64,000 bases of DNA from Bacteroidota bacterium (GCA_035506075.1 DATJQB010000290.1:50-64049), one strand, 5' to 3'. Numbered from the stretch's first letter, positions 9,135 to 18,761 are shown. Numbers and translations are program-made. Notes: generated from the sequence alone by a model not told the origin.

Positions 9135-10847
9135 ATGAAAGCCCACAAACTCTTCGTCCCTTTCGTCGCGTTGCTCTTCACAACTCCTCTGTTCGCGCAG
9201 GGAGATCTCCTGAGCGAGATTCACCGCGTCGGAGTGTATGATGTCAAGAGCAACGGATTCGTTCTGGATTCAGATCAGGGTGTCACCATCCACGCGGTTG
9301 CAGCAAGCGATCGTTACCATGGGGTCGGGACTTCCGCCTGGATTCTCGACAAGTCGACGCGCGCTGTCGTCTGGAAACTCTGGAATGCGAAAGAACATCG
9401 TCGCAGCAAAGGTCTTTCGGAGTATGACGATGTTGTCCAGCTCCCCAAAGGGGACTACGAAGTGTACTACGCCGCATATCCCGAGCCATCAGACAACGTT
9501 GAAAACTTCAGCGACTTTATGGATCTTCTCTCGAGCAAGATCTTCGATGGAAGGCGACGCGACCGCGACTATGATGAATTCTCCATCACTGTGCGCGGCC
9601 ACGGGAAACCCGTCGCGTCCGATGGAGTTGAACAATGGCAGGAGGGTTTGAAAAAGGATGCGCTCGTGTCGATGTCGGCCCTCTGGGACAATGAGTACGT
9701 GCAGCGCGGATTTGTACTTGAGAAACCCGCCGAGCTGACCGTCTATGCTCTCGGAGAAATCCTCGACGACAATCTCGACGATTACGGATGGATCATGAAC
9801 GCCAAAACCGGATCACGGGTATGGCAGATGGACGAGCGCACGATGAAGAACGCCGGCGGTGCGCGCAAGAACCGGATGGTGCGTGAGACTCTTCAACTCC
9901 CCGCCGGACAGTATGTCGCATACTTTGTGACGGACGGATCGCACTCGTACCGGTCGTGGAATGCCGCTCCGCCGTACGACCCGGCATTCTGGGGAATGAC
10001 AATCTGGGTCAAGGATGAAAGCCAGAAGAAATACGCGAAGACGTTTGATTTCAAGCCATCCGCTCCGAAGAACGTCCTTGTCGACCTCACACGATTGGGC
10101 GATCACGAAGTGCGGTCGAAGGCCTTCACGCTCAAGAATGGAATGGATGTTCACATCTACGCCATCGGCGAGGGGCGCGACCACGAGATGTCCGATTACG
10201 GCTGGATCGTCGATGCCACCACAAGGAAGAAAGTATGGAAGATGGAGTACGATCAAACCAGTCACGCCGGCGGCGACAAGAAGAACCGGATCGTTGACAA
10301 GGTTCTTCATCTCGACAAGGGAAGCTACGTCGTGCATTTCGTCACGGACGATTCCCATTCCTATCGTGACTGGAACTCGTCCCCCCCGTTCGATCCCGAG
10401 CACTGGGGGATCACCGTGAGCGCTGCAAGTGATCAGTTCAATCCTTCCGATGTGACTTCATACGAGGAGCGGGACAATCCTTCTGTGCTCGCGAGCATTC
10501 TTCGCGTGGGAGACGATGAGCGGCAACACAAGAAATTCTCTCTTGCGAAGACAAGCACTGTGCACATCTATTCAGTTGGCGAAGGGCGCGACGGTGAGAT
10601 GTACGATTACGCCTGGATCGAGGACGCGAACTCCGGAAGAACGGTCTGGAAGATGAAATACAGGATGACGGAACGGGCCGGCGGTGCATCAAAGAACCGG
10701 CTTTTCGACGGCACCATTTCTCTTCCCGCGGGCAGTTATATCGTCTACTACGAAACAGACGACTCTCATTCGTATGACGATTGGAACGATACACCGCCTG
10801 ATGATCCGGAAGCGTGGGGTGTTACGGTGTCACTCGAAAAGCAGTAG
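9135..10847 (+). CDS. Secreted protein composed of four tandem ~135-aa repeats of an unrecognised domain
   Basis: ORF-track frame 9066..10847. Start moved to MKAHKLFVPFVALLFTTPLFAQ (signal peptide). Four repeats each contain IYA/SVGEGRDxEMxDYGWIxDAxTxxxVWKMxY...AGGxxKNRxV...GSYVVxFVTDDSHSYxDWNxxPPxDPExWGxTV. The repeat is also visible at DNA level (gattacggatggatc / gattacggctggatc / gattacgcctggatc at ~9781, ~10195, ~10603). Confidence 0.7.
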   Translation: MKAHKLFVPFVALLFTTPLFAQGDLLSEIHRVGVYDVKSNGFVLDSDQGVTIHAVAASDRYHGVGTSAWILDKSTRAVVWKLWNAKEHRRSKGLSEYDDVVQLPKGDYEVYYAAYPEPSDNVENFSDFMDLLSSKIFDGRRRDRDYDEFSITVRGHGKPVASDGVEQWQEGLKKDALVSMSALWDNEYVQRGFVLEKPAELTVYALGEILDDNLDDYGWIMNAKTGSRVWQMDERTMKNAGGARKNRMVRETLQLPAGQYVAYFVTDGSHSYRSWNAAPPYDPAFWGMTIWVKDESQKKYAKTFDFKPSAPKNVLVDLTRLGDHEVRSKAFTLKNGMDVHIYAIGEGRDHEMSDYGWIVDATTRKKVWKMEYDQTSHAGGDKKNRIVDKVLHLDKGSYVVHFVTDDSHSYRDWNSSPPFDPEHWGITVSAASDQFNPSDVTSYEERDNPSVLASILRVGDDERQHKKFSLAKTSTVHIYSVGEGRDGEMYDYAWIEDANSGRTVWKMKYRMTERAGGASKNRLFDGTISLPAGSYIVYYETDDSHSYDDWNDTPPDDPEAWGVTVSLEKQ

Positions 10848-10895
10848 GATCGGCGGGGAGCGCAGGGAACCCCGGCGCTTGCATGGGAACCACGG

Positions 10896-10928
10896 AAGGC
10901 GGACGAAACGATGTCCGCCTTTTTTATT
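10896..10928. terminator. Bidirectional rho-independent terminator between convergent genes
   Basis: Stem aaggcggac / gtccgcctt with loop gaaacgat, followed by TTTTTATT on the + strand. An A-rich run precedes it, so it is also usable on the - strand. It sits in the 76-bp gap between the repeat-protein gene and the convergent dipeptidase gene. Confidence 0.55.
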
Positions 10929-12624
10929 TGCACACAGCTCTGAAGACCCTCATGAAGTTTTCCCCCAGAATCTTCCTGACGTCCTGTTTCGAATAACCCC
11001 GCTGGAGCAGGGCTTCGGTGATCGCCGGAAATTTCGAGACGTCTTCAAGACCCACGGGGGTTGTCTCGATACCGTCGAAATCGGATCCGAGCGCCACGTA
11101 ATCGATACCGACAAGATTCTTGATGTAATCGATGTGCTGAATGACATTTTCCAGGCGCGCCGTGCCGGAAGAAACGAGAAACGTCGGGTAGAACACGACA
11201 CCGATGACTCCGCCCCGCTGCGCTATCGTCCGGATCTGTGCGTCGGTCAGGTTCCTGTAGTGATTGCGCACGGCCGCAGCTCCTGAATGGGAGGCGATAA
11301 TGGGGTTCTTCGAGGTCGCGAATATATCTGTCACGGTCTGGGGGCCGACGTGCGACACATCGATGATCATGCCGAGCGAATCCATGGTGCGGATGACACT
11401 CTTCCCGAACTCATTCAATCCCCCGGCCACACCGGATGAAGCATCCTTCGCCGAGACAGCCCACGAGGTGCTGTTGTTCCAGGTGATCGTCATGACGCGC
11501 ACACCGGCACGATAGAACGCGCGCAGGTTGTCAAGGTTATCCTCGATGCTGTGCCCTCCCTCCACAACCACGATGCCCGCAATCTTGTTCTGGCGCGTCA
11601 GTGCGTCCACCGTGTCGGCAGACGTTGTCAGCTTCACATCGTTTGCGTTCCGCGCGACCTGGGCTTTCAGCGTATCGAGAAATTTCATGCTCGTTGCATA
11701 ATACGCCGGCGCGTATTTGGTGGGATCGATCCAGATGGATAAGATCTGCGCGTCCACGCCCCCATCCCTGAATCGCGGAATATCGGTCTGCGGATCTCCG
11801 TTCCTCACAACCACGTGGCGATCGGCAATCTGGTAGGTGAAGTTCGTCCCCGAGATCACTTCCATCACATCGTTATGGAGGTCGATCACGAACGCCCGGT
11901 CGTGCACAGTCTCAAGAAGAAAGTCCGCCTGAGCAGAATCGACGAACGCCACGGTTGCTGAATCCGGCTCGTAAATCAACGACGACGCAACGATGCGGCA
12001 CGAATCGATGCCGGAGGGCGAAGCAAGGTTCCACGAAATGCTTCTTCCCATGACGGACAGGGTGGTCAGTCCCGGCATTGCTCCCCCGTCGAGCTGCACC
12101 ATTTTCCGTGTCAATCGCTCTCCCCCCATCTCAATCGAGTAGAACAGCACGCCCGCGCTTCCCTTCGAAGTCCAATCGATTGTGTAACTTCCCTGCCGGA
12201 GGTCGAATTCTTTCGCGTCAAGGAGCTGGCCAAGGATGTTGTAGACCGTGATGCGCGCTCTGCCCGATCGGGAAATTGTAAACGGAATCTTCGTGGATGG
12301 GTTGAACGGGTTGGGGTAATTTTGTTCCAGGCTGAACGAGCGCGGAACATCTCCCGTCTCTGCAATGCCAACGACGGGAATGTTCACCTGCCACTGACCG
12401 AGCGTGTTTGTGGTCGTCGATGCGAGGAGAACTCCAGAGCGATCGTACACCTGGATGGCAGCCGAAGCAACCGGTGTTCCGCGGTGCTTGTCACGCGCCG
12501 TTCCGCGGAGGGTCTTTCCGCCTGCATACAGTCCGGCAACAAGAAAGAACGCCGCCAGGGCCGTGAGGCAAAGACGATGTGTGGTTCGAAGAGAAAGAGC
12601 GGGAAGCCCGATGAGAGTTGTCAT
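10924..12624 (-). CDS. Membrane (renal-type) dipeptidase, peptidase family M19, with N-terminal signal peptide, CarboxypepD_reg-like segment and an internal T9SS-sorting-domain-like segment
   Basis: ORF 10924..12669; start probably M16 (MTTLIGLPALSL...LVAGLYAGG signal). The C-terminal ~380 aa carry M19 hallmarks (VIDLHNDV..., HSIEDNLDNLRAFYRAGVRVMTITWN, DVSHVGPQT, ASHSGAAAV, GSDFDGIE). Residues ~110-190 read SLEQNYPNPFNPSTKIPFTIS...ITVYNILGQLLD...GSYTIDW...GVLFYSIEMGGERLTRKMVQL, which is the canonical T9SS sorting-domain pattern, here placed N-terminally. Confidence 0.8.
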   Translation of the reverse strand: MTTLIGLPALSLRTTHRLCLTALAAFFLVAGLYAGGKTLRGTARDKHRGTPVASAAIQVYDRSGVLLASTTTNTLGQWQVNIPVVGIAETGDVPRSFSLEQNYPNPFNPSTKIPFTISRSGRARITVYNILGQLLDAKEFDLRQGSYTIDWTSKGSAGVLFYSIEMGGERLTRKMVQLDGGAMPGLTTLSVMGRSISWNLASPSGIDSCRIVASSLIYEPDSATVAFVDSAQADFLLETVHDRAFVIDLHNDVMEVISGTNFTYQIADRHVVVRNGDPQTDIPRFRDGGVDAQILSIWIDPTKYAPAYYATSMKFLDTLKAQVARNANDVKLTTSADTVDALTRQNKIAGIVVVEGGHSIEDNLDNLRAFYRAGVRVMTITWNNSTSWAVSAKDASSGVAGGLNEFGKSVIRTMDSLGMIIDVSHVGPQTVTDIFATSKNPIIASHSGAAAVRNHYRNLTDAQIRTIAQRGGVIGVVFYPTFLVSSGTARLENVIQHIDYIKNLVGIDYVALGSDFDGIETTPVGLEDVSKFPAITEALLQRGYSKQDVRKILGENFMRVFRAVCK

Positions 12625-12686
12625 CCCACCGGGCTTCTGCGGTGTGTGCAAAACACTCTGACTGATCAATATACCTCAAAGACCGC

Positions 12687-13649
12687 TTAGAAACCGATTC
12701 CTATCGAGAGCTTTTGCACCGAAGGAAGGATCTTGAATTTTTCGAAGGAATAATCAAACCGGACATTTTGTCCAAGGAACTTGCTCGCGTTGACACCGAG
12801 CCCTGCTGCAAACGACTCATCGTCGTAGTTCATCTTCACACCGCCGCGGACTGCTAGGAGATCGTACAGGAGCAGCTCGCCGCCAACGGAGTAATGCTCG
12901 ACATTGTCGTTGGGATGGATCAGATCGGCAATGACGCGCAGCGTGTACCCGTCGGCCACGACGGGCTCCATCGAGAACGAGGCCCTGAAGGTGACGGGGA
13001 GCGGGACGCGCTGAAATCCCTTCGTCACATTGCCCTCGGAGTAATCCTGATAGTTCCCGTCGAACGGTGACATGTCGGCGCCGAAATTCTGTAGCGTCAT
13101 CGCCAGGTGTGAGCCGGCGAATCCCAGCGCATAGTTCGTGCCGATATCAAATGCAAGGGCGGAGGTTGAGTGATCGAAATACGACTCCCGGATGATCTTC
13201 GCCTGGGCACCCACGACCAGTTTCTCCGTGATGTGCCGTGCGAACGACAGTCCGAGCACCATGTTCTGGATTGAATACGTCTGACCCGTACCGTTTTCCT
13301 GCTCAATCGTCGTAATCTCCTCCTGGGAGCTGAATCCCGTCGCCTGCACACCGATCACACCAATGTCCCCCCAGCGAAACGCTGCGGAAAGCGAGACCAT
13401 GTCGATGGCGGCGAACCAGGGGACGTACGTGAAGGAGACGTCGGCTTTCTGAACTCCTTCCAGCCCGGCAACATTGGTATAAACCGCGGCGGCATTATCG
13501 ACGACAGACGCTGCAGCGTTCCCAAGCGCCGAGGCGCGGGGATCGAAACTGATCTTCAACAACTGTGCGCCGCTGGTGCCGACCTGCCCGAACTGCTGCG
13601 CGGCGACTGGAACGGTAACGAGAAGAAGAAAGAGAATTGTCTTTTTCAT
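12687..13649 (-). CDS. PorV/PorQ-family-like (FadL-like) outer-membrane beta-barrel protein
   Basis: ORF 12687..13766 trimmed to MKKTILFLLLVTVPVAAQQ (signal peptide); an ATG sits 8 bp after the stop of the upstream cargo gene. N-terminal ...LLKISFDPRASALGNAAASVVDNAAAVYTNVAGL resembles the PorV/PorQ/FadL signature. Alternating beta-strand pattern, C-terminal ...LSIGIGF. The family call comes from motif resemblance only. Confidence 0.5.
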   Translation of the reverse strand: MKKTILFLLLVTVPVAAQQFGQVGTSGAQLLKISFDPRASALGNAAASVVDNAAAVYTNVAGLEGVQKADVSFTYVPWFAAIDMVSLSAAFRWGDIGVIGVQATGFSSQEEITTIEQENGTGQTYSIQNMVLGLSFARHITEKLVVGAQAKIIRESYFDHSTSALAFDIGTNYALGFAGSHLAMTLQNFGADMSPFDGNYQDYSEGNVTKGFQRVPLPVTFRASFSMEPVVADGYTLRVIADLIHPNDNVEHYSVGGELLLYDLLAVRGGVKMNYDDESFAAGLGVNASKFLGQNVRFDYSFEKFKILPSVQKLSIGIGF

Positions 13650-13657
13650 GTGGCACC

Positions 13658-15601
13658 TCAGCGCATGATGACAAATTTGCCCGTGTGGGTCCCGACAGAG
13701 GACTCCACAACGTAGATGTACAGCCCACTGACGGCTTCCTGGTTGTTCCTGGTCGTCAGATCCCACTCGGCAACTCCGGTGAAATCACCGGTGATCTTCA
13801 CATCGCGGCTCTGGTAGACAACATCGCCGCTGTGGATCGTCTTGACGAGGTCGCCGGCAAGTGTGAAGATCGAGATCTTCGCATCCGGCGGGAGGTTGAT
13901 GAAGCGGATCCTGTTCACCCATGGATTTGTATCAACCGGATTGGGGTTGTTGTACCTGCTCGACCCCAGGAACGGATTCGGAACGACCTTGATTCCCGAT
14001 GTTGTCGAGGCGGCAGGAGCGTTCGGCATGAAGACCTGCGTCGACTGGCGGCCGCGGCCAATCTGGTTTTCAAGCCTTCCGATGCCAAGCGTCGAATCGC
14101 CCGAGTCAAATGCGGTGACCGCGTACGTATAGATGAGTCCGTTCGGCGTGTTCTTGTCCTGGAACTCGTAGAGCGTGTCACTTCCCTGCACAACTGTTGA
14201 CGGGGGCCAGTTCTTCAGGAAGGGGCGGCCGTACCAAAGCGTGTCCTTCTTCTTGTCGATGGCGTTGTTCTTCACGTAGATTGCCAGTGTATCCCAGATC
14301 GCATTGCCTCCCGCGTCCTGCCGCGACGTGCGATACACGCCGTAGCCGGCAAAATCCTGCGCCAGCGTCAGTGGATCGCGGCTCGACTCGGCGTTTTTTC
14401 TCCACCGAATTGAAAGCGTCGGCTGTCCGCCGGAAGTAACCGGAACAACGTTGAAGACCGGCACATCCGGTGCCGCCGGGGCGCGCTGGTAGTTGCCGTC
14501 AAACATCGATTGTGCCACCAGGGAGTTCTTGATAATCCCCTGAAGCCCCGGTCCGATGACCCAGGCGACGACAATATGAATTGAGTCACCGGCATTGAGC
14601 GTGTATGGTCCGACACCGAAAATGATCCTGTAATCACGGATCGTTGTCATGTTCTCCGTGATGGTTCCCTTTGCAACGAACTCATATTGTGCCTGCGACG
14701 TAAGCGGTTCGAAATTCCGATACGACGGGGTTGCCATAGTTGGCTTTCCCGTGTACTTGCCGGTGAAATGTACGCTGTCACAATACAGCATCCGGAAGCC
14801 GATGTATCCCGGCGAACGCAGAACGCCCGTCACAGGATCAGGGTTGCCCGTATCGTCGCCCACAACGCTCGGGCTGTCAGAATCGTAGATGTAGGCAAGC
14901 TTGTTCGTGGAATCGTAACCCGCCAGGTCATCGGTATCCCACAGCGTGGATGGTGTGCTTGTTCCCAGGAACCCGGACACGTCTGCATCCTGGCGGAACG
15001 CGACATAGATGCCGGTCAGTTTTTTCTCCGCATCGTCAATCACGCCGTTCTTGTTCCGGTCGTACGGAACATACTTGATCCAGTAATCGCCGATGATGAA
15101 ATCTTCGTTGTACGATTGATCCCACACGTACGTCCGCTCGGTTACTTCCACGCCGAGGTTGACGTGCACACCCGACGGACTTGCAGGGTCGATATCGGTG
15201 TAGCGCGTGTACGTATCTTCTGCCGAGAGCGATCCCTCGGCGGCGTGTTTGACGTGGATTGAATCGAGCGGGCGGAAATGATTGTTCTCTCCCGACGACA
15301 TGTAGCCGAGTGAATCCGCGATGCCGCCGATCCAGATCGACTGCAGCCAGCCGTACAGGTTACCGCTGCCTCCCGGCCATTCGAAATTGGGTTCTTCATA
15401 GTTGCGGTCGCCGTAGAACCCGTAGTTTGTAATCTGTGTCCAGAGCCTTCCCATCTTGTGGCTGAATCCCTTGGCGGGAATATCCGTGACCGAAGAGGTT
15501 TTCATGGGAAGCTTCTCGCGGACTTTCGGCACATCCTGCGCCCACGCCACGGTGAGAAGGAACATGCTTGCAAGGAAGATGCGTATGAGAGTTGTTTTCA
15601 T
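13658..15601 (-). CDS. Secreted T9SS cargo protein (paralog B) with C-terminal T9SS sorting domain
   Basis: 647 aa. Signal peptide MKTTLIRIFLASMFLLTVAWAQD. C-terminus ...AVSGLYIYVVESSVGTHTGKFVIMR follows the T9SS sorting-domain pattern. The internal GPYTLNAGDSIHIVVAWV...DFAGYGVYRTS block is homologous to ORF 30..2594. Starts 7 bp after the TBDR stop. Confidence 0.7.
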   Translation of the reverse strand: MKTTLIRIFLASMFLLTVAWAQDVPKVREKLPMKTSSVTDIPAKGFSHKMGRLWTQITNYGFYGDRNYEEPNFEWPGGSGNLYGWLQSIWIGGIADSLGYMSSGENNHFRPLDSIHVKHAAEGSLSAEDTYTRYTDIDPASPSGVHVNLGVEVTERTYVWDQSYNEDFIIGDYWIKYVPYDRNKNGVIDDAEKKLTGIYVAFRQDADVSGFLGTSTPSTLWDTDDLAGYDSTNKLAYIYDSDSPSVVGDDTGNPDPVTGVLRSPGYIGFRMLYCDSVHFTGKYTGKPTMATPSYRNFEPLTSQAQYEFVAKGTITENMTTIRDYRIIFGVGPYTLNAGDSIHIVVAWVIGPGLQGIIKNSLVAQSMFDGNYQRAPAAPDVPVFNVVPVTSGGQPTLSIRWRKNAESSRDPLTLAQDFAGYGVYRTSRQDAGGNAIWDTLAIYVKNNAIDKKKDTLWYGRPFLKNWPPSTVVQGSDTLYEFQDKNTPNGLIYTYAVTAFDSGDSTLGIGRLENQIGRGRQSTQVFMPNAPAASTTSGIKVVPNPFLGSSRYNNPNPVDTNPWVNRIRFINLPPDAKISIFTLAGDLVKTIHSGDVVYQSRDVKITGDFTGVAEWDLTTRNNQEAVSGLYIYVVESSVGTHTGKFVIMR

Positions 15602-15610
15602 GGCGTCACC

Positions 15611-18364
15611 TTAAAATTGGAGCTGCAACCCGAGCCGGTACACGCGGGGAGGCGTGTAGGCCTGGGGATCGTTGTAGGGACCGGTCGGGTTACCCGTGGC
15701 TTCGTATTCAACAAGACCTTCACGTCCATCGGAGATGTAGGAAATGTTCCTGGTGTTCAGCAGGTTCTTGACCTCTGCGAGCACCGAGAATTCAATCTCA
15801 CCAACCGTAAAGGATTTCCGCGCACGCATATCCACGTTGCTTGCCCACGGAAGCCGGGCGTCGTTGCGAAGGACAAACAGCGGAAACGCATCGCGGGTGT
15901 TCGATGAATACGGATAGCCGGAGTGGGCGACGACCACAAAATCGACCTCGGCATCGCCGATGAGGTCGTGAATCTTTCCCGTCGACGTCAGGAGCAGGTT
16001 GCCGTTGATTCTCCAGCGCACATCCCAGTCGAGCGGATCGAGGCGACGCGGAACAATTTCACCGTTCGATCTGAACACAGACGACGAACGGCCGTTTGCG
16101 AACGCGTAGCTCACGTTGATCATCCCGCCGATTCCACGGGTTGCCATCGTCTCGAGCGTCATTTCCAATCCGCGTACGTTCGCATAATCCATGTTCGTGT
16201 ATGCCTGGTACGAATCGGGGGAACCCGTGATTACGAAGTCGGTGGCCCCGATGAGGTTGGTGATGTCTTTGAAATAGAGCGTTGTGTTCATCCTGAGAAA
16301 ATCGGAGAACATGTGATCCCAGCCGAGCTCGTACGATACGGTCTTCTCCGGCAGCAATCTCGGGTTGCCGAGATCTACGTTTGTCGTGTAGCGGAAATTC
16401 AGAGCGCTGTTTTCATAGAGGAAGCGAAGATCCGGACGCTGGAAGAAGTGTCCATAATAGAAATGAATCTTGTCCCTCTCGGTAATTGGATGTGAAATGC
16501 CGATGCGGGGGCTGATCTGCCACCGGGCGGGAACCTTGTCGGACGTCGTCAGACCCAGGGCATCCTTGTGGCTCGGCAGTGTGGTAAGATCGGCGGGATA
16601 GAGCACGTCCCCCGTCAAACCGTTTGGATTATAGTAATCGAAGCGGATGCCGGCATTCACAATAAAACCGTCGCGGACTTCGATCTTGTCCTGGAGATAT
16701 GCGGCAAAGTCCACCAGGTCCTGGTTCCACATATCAAAGCGCTGATTGGAAGGAGACTCGAATGTCACCTTCTCAACGCCCCCCTTGATGTAGTCTGTTT
16801 CGACCCCGGTCTTGAAGAGGTTAGAAGAGTTCAGCTGGTTTGAATAGTCGACGCGCAGGTTGGTTGTGCGTGAGATCTGATTCAGATACCATCCTTCATC
16901 GCCGGTGTAGTACCAGTAACCGTCGGTCAAGAGGTGGCTGTAGTAGCCCCCAATGCCGCCATTGAGTTGCCAGTGAAGTTCGTCCGTCGTGCTGCCGTCG
17001 AGATTCCTGTCGTCGACATCGCGGACGATCTCACGGAAGTTCGTCCAGAACTGTGACAATTTGATGTCGATGAACGATTGATTGTTGATCGTCTGGTTGA
17101 TCGAGAGACCGATGTTGTAGCTTTTGTTGATCGGGAGTGAAATGTGATTCTGCATTCCCGCCTGATAGATGTTCTGCACACTCTTGTACCACAGGCCGTC
17201 GACTGCATATCGTGCCGAGTCGGGATTCTTCGCGTTGTGGTAGTTTTGTGGATTGGTGACGAAGATGAACTGTTGCAGCGTCTTGACGCCGTTCGAGGTA
17301 ACGAGCTGCTGGAAGAGATCCGACTGGTATCCTTCGCTCAGCGGTCCATACTTCGCGGAGGAGTGATAGTAGGAATTCGTCTGGTCCCAGGAATACAAGC
17401 CGCTGAGTGTGACGCGGGTATTCGGAGTCACCGCCCGCATCTTGAGCTGGTAGGATTCCCTGTGAAAATCCTCATGTGGAAGAAAATCGCGGTTCTGCAG
17501 CGCAACGTCCGTTGAACCGTTCAGATAGAAGTTGATTCCCCCCATGGTAACGGAAGGAGCGCTGATATATGCTTCGTAGTCTTTCCAGTCCGGCTGACCG
17601 GTGCCGTACGCGAAGGGCGTCCACTGCATCTTCGCCCACGGAAAATCCGAGGTGCGGACGCGGAGCTTAGCGCCGAACCTGTTCTGATCCCGCGTGATTG
17701 TGTTGACGATGCCCGATTGCGCATTGCCGTACTCCGCCTCAAACCCGCCCGTCGTTACCTGGATCTCGGAGACGCTGAACTCGGGAAGATTGGCTGAGAA
17801 GCCGGCCGTTGTTGTTCCGCTGTAGCTGTTGATGGCGCTCTTGATCGCCATGCCGTCAACCAGGAACAGCGACTCGTTGAAGCGGCCGCCGCGGAAATGA
17901 CTTCCGTTCACGCCGGCCTGCATGAAGACCACCTCTCTGAAATCGTCGACCGGCAGAGCGTTGATCGCTTCGGCTTCAACGATGTGCTTCGTGGATGTCA
18001 GGTCTGCCTGAATCGGAGGCCTTGTCGCCACAACGACAACCTCGCCGAGCTGGACATCAGCCGCCTGCAGCGGGAAATCGATTGTCGTGGTCATGTCGAG
18101 CATGACCCTGATGTTCGAGATGGTCTTTGGTGCAAAGCCAATCATCGACGCGCGCAGGGTATAAGTCCCGACGGGCACGTTGATAATGAAGTAGTTGCCG
18201 TCGACATCGGAAGCCGTTCCATAGGTGGTACCAACAATCTGGATGTTCACCATCGGGAGCGGCTGGTGAGTGGCGGCATCAAAGACGCGACCAGCGATTT
18301 TTCCGGTCGTCCCCGCCAATGCGAGCTGGGACGCGAGAAGAAAGAAGCAAAGGAGCCTTTTCAT
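15611..18364 (-). CDS. TonB-dependent outer-membrane receptor (CarboxypepD_reg N-domain)
   Basis: 917 aa. Signal MKRLLCFFLLASQLALAGTTG, then KIAGRVFDAATHQPLPMVNIQIVGTTYGTASDVDGNYFIINVPVGTYTLRASMIGF. Plug/barrel length and C-terminal ...RLGLQLQF. Confidence 0.85.
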   Translation of the reverse strand: MKRLLCFFLLASQLALAGTTGKIAGRVFDAATHQPLPMVNIQIVGTTYGTASDVDGNYFIINVPVGTYTLRASMIGFAPKTISNIRVMLDMTTTIDFPLQAADVQLGEVVVVATRPPIQADLTSTKHIVEAEAINALPVDDFREVVFMQAGVNGSHFRGGRFNESLFLVDGMAIKSAINSYSGTTTAGFSANLPEFSVSEIQVTTGGFEAEYGNAQSGIVNTITRDQNRFGAKLRVRTSDFPWAKMQWTPFAYGTGQPDWKDYEAYISAPSVTMGGINFYLNGSTDVALQNRDFLPHEDFHRESYQLKMRAVTPNTRVTLSGLYSWDQTNSYYHSSAKYGPLSEGYQSDLFQQLVTSNGVKTLQQFIFVTNPQNYHNAKNPDSARYAVDGLWYKSVQNIYQAGMQNHISLPINKSYNIGLSINQTINNQSFIDIKLSQFWTNFREIVRDVDDRNLDGSTTDELHWQLNGGIGGYYSHLLTDGYWYYTGDEGWYLNQISRTTNLRVDYSNQLNSSNLFKTGVETDYIKGGVEKVTFESPSNQRFDMWNQDLVDFAAYLQDKIEVRDGFIVNAGIRFDYYNPNGLTGDVLYPADLTTLPSHKDALGLTTSDKVPARWQISPRIGISHPITERDKIHFYYGHFFQRPDLRFLYENSALNFRYTTNVDLGNPRLLPEKTVSYELGWDHMFSDFLRMNTTLYFKDITNLIGATDFVITGSPDSYQAYTNMDYANVRGLEMTLETMATRGIGGMINVSYAFANGRSSSVFRSNGEIVPRRLDPLDWDVRWRINGNLLLTSTGKIHDLIGDAEVDFVVVAHSGYPYSSNTRDAFPLFVLRNDARLPWASNVDMRARKSFTVGEIEFSVLAEVKNLLNTRNISYISDGREGLVEYEATGNPTGPYNDPQAYTPPRVYRLGLQLQF

Positions 18365-18690
18365 GGTTTCCTCTTAGACATTGGATCAAAGTGACGCGAG
18401 GAGAAAAAGGACACGGAAGCAAACTATGCCTGGTACCGCAAGGTCCGCTGACTCGGCGGACGGTCGATTGTTTACTACGTGAGGACTGGGATTACACGTG
18501 AAGCGTCGCGAGCGTGCTGGATGCGAATCAGATTGCGAGGCGGCCCTGACGGTGCGGGCGGCACTCCGGTGCACGACTGCAGTGTGAAAGTAGCCATCTC
18601 TTCGAATGAAGTCAAGCCTTAGTTGACGAAGGAATGACCAGCGAATGCGATGGGATGGATGTGAAAGGAATTCCTGTTTCTGTGGTCGTG

Positions 18691-18731
18691 AGGACAAAAG
18701 GAAGGGTCCAACCGGAACAAGCGTTGGACCC
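18691..18731 (-). terminator. Rho-independent terminator downstream of ctp (minus strand)
   Basis: Hairpin gggtccaac-(cggaacaagc)-gttggaccc at 18704..18731. The minus-strand 3' tail reads UUCCUUUUGUCC (plus-strand aggacaaaaggaa at 18691..18703). Confidence 0.5.
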
Positions 18732-18761
18732 TGAAGTCGAAGACTGATTGCTGGGATTGTG

